A stretch of DNA of 63,676 nucleotides, filler included, from Octopus bimaculoides (Eukaryota): the NCBI RefSeq assembly GCF_001194135.2. It is 7 parts of 7 records of this genome, joined end to end, with 100 filler letters (N's around TTAATTAATTAA, not from the genome) between each part and the next. Parts side by side here need not be neighbours in the genome. Positions count along the whole stretch, not along the records: positions 1 to 13,414 come from NC_069003.1; positions 13,515 to 18,483 come from NC_068981.1; positions 18,584 to 33,254 come from NC_068999.1; 4 more parts are not named here. The stretch is one strand, 5' to 3'. This document shows positions 8,788 through 21,730 of the stretch, one piece after another (position 1 is the first letter of the stretch; each line of letters begins with the position of its first letter). Both the position numbers and the translations under genes were made by a program. Under the pieces are notes generated by a model. That model worked only from the letters and a program-made list of their open reading frames with translations, did not search any database and was not told where the DNA came from.

Positions 8788-11700
8788 ACATACAAAATGG
8801 CTGGTTAAAAAATCTATATAAGAGATGAAAGCAGTAACTATACTGAGAAGTATTGTTCATTGCCACTTCAATATGGCTGTTCCATAGGAACCAACGTTAC
8901 TACCCTTTTTAACCCCAGGAGCATCCCCTTCCCGTTGGTTATCGATGCAATCTGAAGCCAATATGTATTGCAAGTAGCATAAATCTCTCTCTTATTAGCA
9001 ACTGTAATAATCCTTGTTCCACACAGACAAACATTTCTGTAGGAAATCCAAATGATCTCTGTCTCTTCAGCAACTAATAGTGATAGCTTTCCAGGTGTCA
9101 TTCTTTCTGTAGCATCCATTGTTTCTGTAGAAGGCCTGAGACTTACTCATTTTCATACACCCATCGCATTCTGTAGCTATGCAATGATCTTTCCTCTTCA
9201 TATATTTATCTTGTTTTTCTAGACTGCTGCACTGGAAGTGAGAGGTAAAATGATGTCAGGTGATAAAGTGTTTATTTGAATGTCCTCTGGTTTTTTTTTT
9301 TTTTGGTATAAGAATGTTAGCGAGAATGGGTGTGTACAAATATGAGATCCTTGGGGAGTCTATCTACTGCCCAGCAGGTAAACAGAGTCTTGTAATAGTG
9401 CAACAAGTCAGCAGCTGAGAAGTTCCTTTTTAGAGACATTTTCTAAATCAAAGTAAGAGAACTCTCACTTGTTGCTATATCAAAAGTCAATGAAAGAAAA
9501 TCATCAGAAATAGAAAAAAAATAACAACTGAAACTGCTTGAAGTGTAAATAACAAGAGGTTTTTACCTTGACCTGGCAAGTCGCTCCCAAAAGGAACTCT
9601 TCAACCATCAAATGAAACTTGCTGTGTAATTGAGACGTTCTCTACCTTCCTCGTTGGCCAAACTCTCACACGACTGTTTTTGCCAACCACTTACGCCTAA
9701 AAGAAGATGCTCAAAATATTCACTTTGTCATCTGACATCACTTCAAATCTCACTTCTGGTGCATCATCCACTAATCTTTCACCTCTGCCTTCACTTATGA
9801 CTCATTGTCCACTACGCCACACACAAGTTATTTCTTTGTAAATGCAAAACTGTTTCTCTACACATGTGATCTGTATTTCTTGCAGACCCAAAGATTTCTG
9901 CTCTCCGTATATCTATCCATCCATCTTGTTTCTGTTGCCACTATACGTGAAGGTGCATAGCTTAGTGGTTAGAGACAGTCAACTGAAGATCATAAGGTTG
10001 TGAATTTGATTCCTGGCAGAACTTTTGTGCTTGAGCAAGAAGTTTTAATTCAATTTATTCCAGTTCACTCAGTCGGCAAAAACGAGTTGTAATAGTGCAA
10101 CAAGTCAGCAGTTGAAATGTTCGTTTTTAGAGACATTTTCTAATATCAAGGTAAGAGACTCTCATTTGTTGCTATATCAAATGTCGATGAAAGACAATCA
10201 CTGTGTCACATTGAATTTTCCTGAAAACTACGTTAAGGGTTCACGTGTCTGTGGAGTACTCAGCCACTTGCATGTTAATTTCACAAGTAGGCAATTCCAT
10301 TGATCGGATCAATTGGAACACTCATCGTCATAACCAATGTAGTGCCAGTTGCAACCATGCATTATCATTGTTTCTACAGAAATGGTTATGTTATTGATTC
10401 CACAGTATTAATAATCTCTACACATTTTCATTCAATAATTTCACTTCAATGATTGTTTTTTTATTTCTCTCTGTTGTAGCAGCAATGTTATCTGTTTTAA
10501 CCATATCGTTCTCTTTTTTTTTCTTTTCTTCTGTAGCAATCACAATGTTCTTATGTCTCATCATTATCATCCTCATCTTCCTTATCATCATCATTTAACG
10601 TCCGCTTTCCATGCTAACATGGGTTGGATGGTTTGACTGAGGACTAGCAAGCCAGTAGGCTGCACCAGGCTCCAATCTGATCTGGCAAGGTTTCTACAGC
10701 TGGATGCCCCTTCTAACGCCAACCATTCCAAGAGTGTAGTGAGTACTTTTTACATTCCACTGGCACGAGAGCCTATCGGGGGCACTGGCATTGACCATGT
10801 TTGAACGGTGCTTTTTATGTGTCACCAGCATGGGAACCAGTCAGGAGGCACTGGCATCGACCACGTTCAGATGGTGCTTTCTGTAGCAAATTTAATGCAT
10901 GCTTTTCCGTTTGTTGAATCACTACTATGTCTTCTTGTTTGGTTACCATATTTCTGATGAAATACTCTGTCTTTCATGAACATCATCATTATTGAGCTGG
11001 AGTTTGGAGCATAAACCAACATGAAATTTTGATAGAAGGTTTTAATTTAGACAAATTTAAACCCTTTTGTTATCGAATTTCCATTGAAATATACTGCATT
11101 TGTCTCAATTAATTTTTCAAATAACAAATTTAGTAAAATAACTTTGGTCATTATTGAGCTGGAGTTTGGAACAAATTAATGTGAAATTTTGTTGGAAGGA
11201 AGCTTTTATCATTGCATCATAGAACAAGGAGCAGTTTCATGCAGGTCCATAGCAAAAGAGTTAAATATGTCCTACACGCTACAAATATACATTCATTTTC
11301 TGTAGTAAATACAATTACATTTACACTATACTTCATTATTTTTGGAGCAATTAAGGCAACAAGCTGGCAGAATACTTAACATACCTAGTGAAATGCCAAG
11401 CAGTATTTCGTTTCGTCTGCCACTATGTTCCGAGTTCAAATTCCACTGAGGTTGACTTTACCTTTCATTCTTTCAGGTCTCCTCCCCCGAAATTTCAGAC
11501 CTTGTGCTTTTTGTAGAAAGGAATATTATTATTATTATTATTATTTAAGGTGGTGAGTTGGCAGAATTGTTAGCACGCCAGGTGGAATGTTTTGTGGTAT
11601 TTTGTCTACCACTATGTTCCAAGTTCAACTTTACCCTTCATCCTTTTGGGGTCGATAAATTAAGTACCAGTGAAATACTGGGGTTGATGTAATTGACTAG

Positions 11701-12958
11701 TCCCTTTCCTCCAAATTTCAGGCCTTGTGCCTTTACTAAAAGGGATTATTTCTGGAGCAATTATCTCATATATGCACAGATGTCTGTAACTGTTTCTTGG
11801 GATGAGTTCTCGAAGATATGCTCAAGACTGCTCTTAACATTTCAATGTAAGTTCCATCTACCTTGGATTCCAGTTCTTTTCGTAAATGTCCAAATTGTTA
11901 CTCCATATAAAAGGACTAACTCTATTGTTGCACAGAAAATCATCATCATCATTTAACGTCCACTTTCCATGCTAGCATGGGTTGGATGATTTGACTGGGG
12001 ACAGGCGAACCAGATGGCTACACCAGACTCCAATCTGATATGGCAGAGTTTCTACAGCTGGATGCCCTTCCTAACGCCCACCTTCCATGCTGGCATGGGT
12101 TGGACGGTTTGATAGGGGCTGGCCAGGCAGAAGCTGGATGCCTTTCCTCACACNNNNNNNNNNNNNNNNNNNNNNNNNNNNNNNNNNNNNNNNNNNNNNN
12201 NNNNNNNNNNNNNNNNNNNNNNNNTATATATATATATATATATATGCTTAAAAAGGAATGTATTTTCTCTGAAATGAAAAAAAAGATGAATAAATGGTAA
12301 TTTTTGAAGAAAGATTGTTAAAATTTTATTGATAAAGAGAGAAGAAAAAAAAAAAGAAAAGAAAAGAAACCAATATATTTGAGATCACAGACTAGTTTTT
12401 TTAAAAATTTTTTTTAAGAAAATTAGTTATTTTCATCACAGAAGTATGTGGATTCCAGGGACAACATTGCTTTAAAATTCTTATTCACAACCTTGTCCAA
12501 CACATCTTTCATTCATAAATCACCTTATATTATTTCAGAAGCAAAATTATAAAGTTTCATGTAGAAAAAGAAAAAAAAAAAAAAGTGGAATATATTTTGT
12601 GGTTCCTAGAGGATGCAGTGGTTGAGAAATAAACTTAGCAATCACAAGGTTCCAGGTTCAAATCAAACATACTGTGTGACATCATGATGCATGTCTTTTC
12701 ACCATAGTTTTGGGTTAGCACATGCCATATGAGAGAAATGTGGGAGACAGAAGCTGTGTGCTGTGTGAGGAGGGAAAGCCTGTCGGAGGAAGACTATCTA
12801 GGGGCTGTAATTCATAAGGGCAAATCCAGTCAAACGCCATGTTATGGTCCTTTCTTCCTGGGAATATGTAATTTAGAATATCCAGTTATTCACACTGGAA
12901 TGGTATCTATCAAAGCCAGTGGAAACCCAGTTACCCATTCACCCATTCACATATAGAT

Positions 12959-13323
12959 CAGTAGTTCTCAACCAGGGTACAAAAAGTGTTTTTGGGGTAG
13001 AGGTCCATATAAGTCTTTTTGGGAGGGTCTACACAAGCAAAATAGTATATTGGGGATCCACAGTAATATTTCAAGGGTCCATGAAGACATTTTGCTTTAG
13101 ATATACCTATTGTAAGAAACAGCTAGATTTCTTTCTCTAATGTTTTTACATAGATCGACCATCATAAGTTAATGTGTGAAAAAACAAAATAAGAATTTTG
13201 AAAGATGTATCTATAAAACTAGTTTTTAAACATTGAATGGCTATGGAAGTCAGGGTGGGGGGTCCACCGGAATAAAATAATAAACAAAGGAGTCTAGAGA
13301 TAGAAAATGGTTGAGAACCACCA
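12959..13323. mobile_element. hAT-type MITE with 8-bp TSD
   Basis: TIRs CAGTAGTTCTCAACC / GGTTGAGAACCACCA; ATATAGAT duplicated at 12951-12958 and 13324-13331. Related copy at about 62542-62853 has no recognisable TSD. Confidence 0.8.
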
Positions 13324-13355
13324 ATATAGATGTATACGTATGCATACATTGTGTG

Positions 13356-13414
<59 letters not shown>

Positions 13415-13514
13415 NNNNNNNNNNNNNNNNNNNNNNNNNNNNNNNNNNNNNNNNNNNNTTAATTAATTAANNNNNNNNNNNNNNNNNNNNNNNNNNNNNN
13501 NNNNNNNNNNNNNN
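13415..13514. other. Synthetic scaffold-join spacer (44 N + TTAATTAATTAA + 44 N)
   Basis: The identical 100-nt construct recurs at 18484-18583, 33255-33354, 41367-41466, 45450-45549 and 60292-60391. The 12-mer is self-complementary and gives a stop in all six frames. Confidence 0.95.
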
Positions 13515-13547
<33 letters not shown>

Positions 13548-13958
13548 GTGTGTAAATGTGTATATATATTTTCATAAGAATGTGTATGTAGACACACACA
13601 CAATATGTACATATACTCAGACACACACTCACACAAACACACACACATATACATACACATACATACACACGCACATACACATACGCAGAGACTAGTGCAT
13701 TGCATACGGGTAAACTGATAGAGACAGACAGACAGACGAAGACATAGAAATCGCACAAAAATAAACAAAAATAAAATGAAAGAAGAATTCAGTTTACAAG
13801 ATGTTTGTGCTTGTATTTTCTCGACTGTTCGATAATCTGCAAGTATCTACGTGCTTAAGGTGAACAATGTCAGAACGCCACAATATCAAAAGTTCAAGTG
13901 AGAACAACATTCACGCACACATAGATACATACGCACGCATACACACACGCACACACAC

Positions 13959-13998
<40 letters not shown>

Positions 13999-16900
13999 AT
14001 ACCTACTGAGAGAGATGTAAAGATAAAACATACACAAATATATACGAAAGCTAAATACGATTTTATATAATCCACAGTTCTCGGAGTAAGAGAGAAAAAA
14101 ACAACAACACATTATGACATTTTAGTGTTAAGTAGACACGTTATAAACTAGATTTGCCGTCACATGTCTCAGTTGTATCTATTAATCGGCACACGAGCTA
14201 CATACATTACAGTTGTCAATCAAATCTTTACTGCGATGCCATGAACAGCAATATGATATAAATAGACTCATCAAAACACTTGATAAATTAATTTATTTGC
14301 TGCTTTGTTATGTCAGTGTCTAGCGTATTCAGTCAGATGAGATGTATAAATATTTGTTCAATTAAGAACTCGTTAAACTGCGAACAATTTCATTTATTTA
14401 TGATTTATTTGATTTGTTATCTTTTCCTTACAACTATTGCAACCAATTATTTCTTCCTATTATGAGACAAGATGTCTACCATGATCCCTCTTTTATTTTT
14501 ATACTTTTTAGTTTCATTTTGTTCGATTTTTTTGTTGCTTTTTTTTTACATTTTATTAACGTCTACAAATGTTCGTGAGACAGTTATCGCTTAACTGATT
14601 TTGCAGCACGTTTGATTTTTCTTTTTTCTTTTTTTTTTTCAATAATTCTTTGTAGTAATTTTTTTCTTTCTTCTAGCGTCCGTGTTTGTGTTATAAAAGC
14701 CGGTAGCAGAGAACTGGAGTTGATTTGTGTAACAAACATAAAAGGTATATGGTCTTTGGTACACAACAAAATATTTTGTTTTCATATAGCGTATCTAAGA
14801 GAGGTAGTTGGTTGTCAGTTTAATGGACCCTATATCTTCCTAAAGTTATATAAATGGAAAGAATTGAACCTTTCGCTAATAATCAAAGTGAAAACATTAG
14901 TCAAATTTACAATTCTCTTTTTTTCTTCTCTAATACAGTGCTCTATACTTTAATAGCCGTTTGGTGCTGTACTGCAAAACTGCCTAAGTTTACAGCTCTA
15001 ATAAGCATATTAAATTTTCCTACGAGTAGAGGTTAATGCCCCGATAGTGTATTTATGATCATCGCAAAAATAAAAGATAATGTTGAACTCAGCAAGATTT
15101 GAACTTATAGTTCAGGAATAAATACAGCAAATCTCTAATGACTTCCAATTTGTCGCTTTGGTACAGTCTTTTTTAATTATTTACAGCTGTAAGGTGGCGA
15201 GCTGGCAGAATCCTTTGCGTATCGGCCAAAATGCTTAGCGGCATTGCTTCCGGATTTTTACGTTCTGAGTTGAAATACGCAGAGGTCAACTTTACTTTTC
15301 ATCCTTTCAAGGTCATTGAAATAGATCGCCAGTCAAATATTTGGTTCGATATAGTCGACTAATCCCGACCCTAAAATTGCTGGCCCGGTGCCAAAATTTG
15401 AAACCTTCTGTGTACAAATTCCACTGAGGTCGACTTTGCCTTTCATCTTTCTAGGGTCAATAAAGTAAAAATTACTAGCCTCCTTCGAAAATTTTATACA
15501 ATTTTTACAGCTGTCGATTAGTTTCTCCTATAAATTTCAACTGTCAAGGAACTAAGTCTACCATCTGTTTTCAATTCACAATCATTTCTGTTGTGTAACA
15601 TAGTGTATTAAGATAACGCATTATACTTTATAATCCTAAAACGTTGGACTTAACACACTGTTTGTGTATCTTATCTTACTGCCGTCATCGGAGATTTAAC
15701 TGTAAATATAACTTCCTAAAATACCAACAAACTTTGAGCATATCTCAATTAATTAAATCGACTATCAACAATATTCGAATTGACAGAAGCATTAACGGTC
15801 GGATAAAATGGCTGGCGATATTTTTTCTGACTTTCCTCCCGGAGTTCAAATCCCGTTGAAGTCAACTATGCTTGTCATCTTTTCAGAGTCGATAGAAAAG
15901 TACCCATAGAGGCCAGTGGGTTGATATTTTGATATGTGATGGAAAATACGCCCATTACATCATGCGGACGTTCAGTGCAACTTCCTGTGCTGCGCTGTCC
16001 ACCTGATAGGTTGTGGTCTATGGCTTTCTTGTTAACACTTAATCAGTTTTCCACAACCATTCTGTCCTATATAGTTTAAGCAACAAGAAACTATATAGTT
16101 ATGCTCTAGTTAATAGTTATCCTCAACAAGTTTGCTCAACTGGCAATTAATAGCTCCAAATTTTTATCACACAACAGCCTACTGTCTAAAGAAGGAAAAC
16201 AACGTTGAGTAATGAAGTTCCACATACCATTAAAAAGACAGGATGGTCAGGTTTGGCATGCCTTTCAATATACGTCAGCTCAGTCGGGAATAAACTGGGG
16301 CTAAAACAACAACCATATCGTTGAGGAGCTAATGAGTAGACCTGTACGGTTTCGCTGGATATGCAAGAAAAAGCAGCCGAATTTCCTTCAAATTACACTC
16401 TATTGTATTAAAAAAATGAAGGACACATTTGATGATATAGTCCTAGATACACACTGTCTAGAAATAAGAAGAGAAAGTTACTATTGGAGCTCTTTGGTTA
16501 TAAGTCTGCTTACACAGAGCTGACTTGACGTTTATAAAAAGCAACAACAAAGAAATTCTCATCCAATAGGGATGCAGTCTGAAAACGAAAGGATTAACTT
16601 TGATCGTAAGTTTGCACAATGTCTGAAAGAAATGAAACGTCACGAGCGGATCGCTTTTGATGATACGTCTACTCTACGAGAGCTGACCAGGGGCTTAAAA
16701 AATACTGTAACAAGAAAAAAGGAAAGGCTAATTCTGTAATGTCCTAAATGCTCTATGCCTAAAAAAAAAAAACGGAAGTCATTACTGAAACCCTCCTTGA
16801 TCAGCATACTGCGAAACTTGAGACATTCAATTTTAGAGCAAGCTCAATTCTAGTATACTTTGTATGCATTTTAATTTAACTCCAGCACTGTTAAATCGAG

Positions 16901-17871
16901 AAAACTCCTTCGTATTATACAATTCTGAGAATGATGACACCTTATCCTACTCGTTCACATCGATTTGAAGAAATCTTTTCTAGTTTAATTCACAAATCGG
17001 GAGTTAGAAACTGAGACAATAACATTGTAGTAAAGGCACAATCGCTATTTAAAATATATAAATGAAACCATTATTATTATGACGATTTCTGTGGCAAAGT
17101 TTTTTCGTTGCACACCTATTACGTTATCACTGATAAACTATTGCAGTGTAATACCGAAATATGATGACATGTTGTTGATGAAAGATTCGAGTAGATACTG
17201 TTAGAATATAAAACAAAAGCCAATGTAACACCAACATCAACAATATGAGTGAATGGAAAATATCTCAAAGAAGCGTTGAACATTCTAGATGGCACTCCGT
17301 CGTTTACGACGAGGATTCCAGTTGATCCGATCAACGAAACAGCCTGATCGGGAAATCAACATGCAAGTGGCTGAGTACTCCACAGACACCCGTACCCATA
17401 ACGTAGCTTTCAGTGAAGTTCAGCGTAACGCTGAGTGTGACAAGGCTGGCCCTTTAAAATACAGGTACTACTCATCTTTGCCAGCTGAGTGGACTGCAAC
17501 AACGTGAAGTAAAGTGTCTTGCTCAAGGGCACAACGCATCGTCGGGAAATGAACTCACGACCTTACGATCGTAAGCCGAACTCCCTAACCACAAAGCCAC
17601 GCGCCTTCACACATTCTATGTGAAAGTACCACATATGTGGTACGATGAGTTGAAAACCTCAATTGACTGAGATTATGCATGAAAGTAGTGAGAAAATAAT
17701 CTCCCACTTCGGTTATATGACATCCAAAAACAACAGGTGTAGCTGTGCGGTTAAGAAGTTTGCTTCTTGCTTCCCAAACATGTGATCCTGGGTTCAGTCC
17801 CACTGCGCAACTCTATGAACTGATCAAAGCCTTGTGAGTGGATTTGGTAAGCGGAAACTAAAAGAAGTCCT

Positions 17872-17958
<87 letters not shown>

Positions 17959-18418
17959 CCTTTGTTCGTGCTGTGTTTGTCCCCTACCTCTGCTTGACAA
18001 CTGGTGTTGGTTCGTGTACATTTTGTGCACGTCTCAGTAACTTAGCGGTTCGGCAAAAGACACCGGTAGAATAAGAACCAGGCGTAAATATTAAGTACTG
18101 GAGATCATTTGTTCGACTAAACCACGACCGCAGTCTGAAGTAACCGAAGCAAACGATAAAATATGAAAGACATACATCACGAAAAATTTATCCAGGAGTA
18201 AAACTCTCCTATGTGAATAAATCTTTCCATAGAAGTATGCAAATGATTGTACACATGCATGAGTATACAGAGAGAGAAAAATACGTGGACAGATTGGCAT
18301 ACACATAAGCAATCAAGCACACAAAATCTCAAGCATTGATAAAACGTATACACACAATAACAAGAACGACATTAATACTATGACTTTGCAAATATATATG
18401 TATGTGTATGTGTATGTA

Positions 18419-18483
<65 letters not shown>

Positions 18484-18583
18484 NNNNNNNNNNNNNNNNN
18501 NNNNNNNNNNNNNNNNNNNNNNNNNNNTTAATTAATTAANNNNNNNNNNNNNNNNNNNNNNNNNNNNNNNNNNNNNNNNNNNN

Positions 18584-18633
<50 letters not shown>

Positions 18634-19263
18634 CAACCCATGCTAGCATGGAAGGCGGACGTTAAATGATGATGATATATGTATGTATATATATTTATAT
18701 ATACATATATGTATGTGCATATCTTTATATATATATATATATCTTCATCATCATTTAGCATCAGTTTTCCATACTAGCATGGGTTAGACAGTTTCACTAG
18801 AACTGATAAGGCAGAGAGCTGTACCGGGCTCCAGTCTGGGCTGGGTTGGCTTGGTTTCTATGGCTGGATGCCCTTCCTAATGCCAACTACTCCAAGAGTG
18901 AAGTGGGTGTCTTGTACATGTCACTATCATGGGTGCCTTTATACTTGTCATGTATGTGTGTACGTGCATACTTATTTGTTTGATGCAGTGTTATCTTTAT
19001 TAAGTATTTAAAAGTTTATTTTATTATTTTGTGTCTTTCATTTCATATCAGATAATTCTTTTCACCATAAGAGTATTTGATTTAATAGTTTTGAAGAGTT
19101 TTGTTGTCGTATCAGTTTTCTCCATAATTTAGCAATATTTATGAATATTCTGATAATCAGTCTATTGGTATTCTAAATACAATACAAATTAGAAGATATT
19201 TTGTTAGCTAAAAAATTTTTTAGTCCTGTTTTTTTTTTTTAGAAAAACATTTTTCTATTTCAG

Positions 19264-19499
19264 TGGAATTCAAGGATGAACGTGTAAAAAAATCTACCAG
19301 TATGCCTTTTTCTCTCAATGAACTTGTGCCAATGAGTTTAACTTTGCGTGATATATGTTTAGGAATTATTGAACTTGCAAGCCCAGAATCAAAAGTGTTT
19401 TTAAATAAAGATTATCAACAAGCATTTAGTAAAACCGGTATTCAAGTTGCTAAAGAAGAGAATTTACTTCGGACTCAACTCTGGCGGCATTTATTTAAA
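19264..19499 (+). CDS. UBE3C: UBE3C exon (first seen; phase 1->0)
   Basis: TTTCAG acceptor, GTAAGT donor. Reads EFKDERVKKSTSMPFSLNELVPMSLTLRDICLGIIELASPE...WRHLFK, similar to UBE3C MPFTLEELIMLSRCLRDACLGIIKLAYPE. Confidence 0.9.
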
Positions 19500-19701
19500 G
19501 TAAGTTAGATTTCAGTACTTTTTTTTTTTCATCCCTAAGAGATTAATTTCTTATCATGCATGGTCTGCTATTAATTGCTTCTTGTCAATTTTTACAATGA
19601 ACTATTCCAAAAAAGCCTTTATAATATATATGAACACAAATACCTTAAGTCAACAAGGTAGTGGAGTAAAAAAAACTCTTTGCTTTTAAAATAGGTTTAT
19701 T

Positions 19702-19739
<38 letters not shown>

Positions 19740-20238
19740 TTAACATCCGTTAACCATGTTGGCATGGGTTGAACAGTTTGACCAGTTGGCAGCTGGGGAG
19801 CTACATCAGACCCCAGCCTGATTTGACATGATTATTACGGCTGGATGCCCTTCCTAACACCAGTCACCTTTGAGAGTGTAATGGGTGCTTTTACATGCCA
19901 CCAACATGGGTGCCAGTTGCATGACACCAATATCTGCCATCACTACAATTTCACTTGGCTTGATGGGTCTTCTTCTCAAGCACAGCATATTGCCAAAGGT
20001 CTCGGTCATTTGTCATTGCCTCCATGAAGCCTAACACTCAAAAGGTGCTTTTTATATGCCACTGGCACAGATGCTAGTTACGTGCCACCAGCACAGGTAC
20101 TAGTTACATGATTTATCACTTAAAGACTTCATATGTTGCTTTCTTTTCCCAAAAAATAAATAGCCATCTTTATAGCACACTTAATATATACCCAGTCAAT
20201 AGGGCAGTTATTGCAGTATTTGATCTGGGATAGCAAAG

Positions 20239-20560
20239 TGAAGGCACATGGCTCAGTGTTTAGAGCATCGAGCTTATGATCATGAGGGTGTGAGTTTAAT
20301 TCCCAGACTGGGTTGTGTGTTGTGTTCTTGAGCAAGACATTTTATTTGATGTTGCTTCAGTTCACTCAGCTGTAGAAATGAGTTGCAATGTCACTGGTGC
20401 CAAGCTGTATCGGCCTTTGCCTTTCCCTTGGATAACATCAGTGGCGTGGAGAGGGGAACCTTGTATGCATGGGCGACTGCTGTTCTTCCATAAACAACCT
20501 TGCCCGGACTTGTACCTGGGAGGGGAACTTTTAGGTGCAATCTCATAGTCATTCATGACC
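20239..20560 (+). mobile_element. tRNA-derived SINE, family C (CpG-eroded copy)
   Basis: Collinear with the CpG-intact copy at 59701-60062 (GAAGGCGCGTGGCTCAGTGGTTAGAGC head). Confidence 0.85.
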
Positions 20561-20984
20561 AAAAGGGACCTTTACTGATCTGGAATTGTATCTCTTATGG
20601 ACTCATGGACTTGCAAATTCATAAAAAGTGCTATCTCAGGATAAATACTGCTGTAATTGGCCTCTGGACAGTGTCTATACATTTAGTATACTATATATAT
20701 GGCTAGTTTAAGTAAATGCTTCTTCAATTGTATATACCAAATTTTTGATAAGTTGGGTGGCTTTTTGCAACATCAGTGAATGTTTTAATCACTTAAAAGC
20801 CAAAATGCATCTGGTGCTCTTGCTGGTCACTACTAGGATAAATTTTTCTCTCCTCTCTCTCATATTTATTGGGTTTTTAGCAAGTCCGTAAGTGATACAT
20901 CTCAAATCAAATACTGCAGTAACTGGCCTATCAACAATGTATATACATTAAGTATTCTATGTAAACAGTTATGTTTGAGTTTAA

Positions 20985-21200
20985 CCTTTTGAGACACCCA
21001 GTGTTTTGGTATATGTAGTCAAAAAGACCAACATTTTTTTCTATTGAGATACATCTACTGAAAGATGATCTCTGATTAGCCATTACACTTCAAAACCAGT
21101 CATTCGCAACATTTGTTCCATTGGGCCAATGGACCAGCCTCCAAGTCCTTTCAGCTTGTATCACTAGGGCCAATCAATCAGCCTGAGTGTCCCAAGAGGG
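20985..21200. mobile_element. TTAA-flanked piggyBac-like MITE in a UBE3C intron
   Basis: TTAA|CCTTTTGAGACAC ... GTGTCCCAAGAGGG|TTAA. Confidence 0.7.
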
Positions 21201-21625
21201 TTAATATTGTCTCAATTGCATATACCAGAAAAAAAAGAAGTTCTTTGATCATCAGTACCTTTAATGCCAATTTTAGTCATGTTTTTCTTCTTTTAACCCA
21301 TTACCTCCCATAATTCTATTAACTGGAATTTTTTTTATGAAACTTTGATTTCTAGTATAAAACAGCCTTAGAAACACACTGGAATGATCAAAATAACATT
21401 TAAGATAGAAATAAGCGAGATATTGGGTGAAAAATTAGCAAACCTCATTTGAATATCAGAGAAATATACCTAGTAGATATAGCAAAAAGGTTAGATATGT
21501 GTAAATATTGACAGATAATTACGAAATTTGTTATTTTTAAGTGATCTCATATGAGATCACTGGTAGGTAATGGGTTAAGTTGAACGATATGACAGCTGTT
21601 TGTTATTGTTTTTCTTTCTTTTCAG

Positions 21626-21730
21626 TCAATCTCTACACTAGTAAAGCAGTTACATTCAAGGGATACCCGACGTCAATTCTGCCCTACAAATCATTGGTTG
21701 GCTGACCATATACATATACGTACTGATAAG
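21626..21730 (+). CDS. UBE3C: UBE3C exon (phase 0->0)
   Basis: TTTTCAG/GTAAAC boundaries; SISTLVKQLHSRDTRRQFCPTNHWLADHIHIRTDK matches UBE3C LKSRDTRRNFCPPNHWL. Confidence 0.93.

Noticed and set aside
8868-9119. 83-aa minus-strand ORF
   Set aside because: No domain or splice context recognised; probably old repeat-derived sequence.
15945-15990. Possible 44-nt minus-strand exon (VDSAAQEVALNVRM or GQRSTGSCTERPHD)
   Set aside because: Weak acceptor, ambiguous frame and no neighbouring exons.
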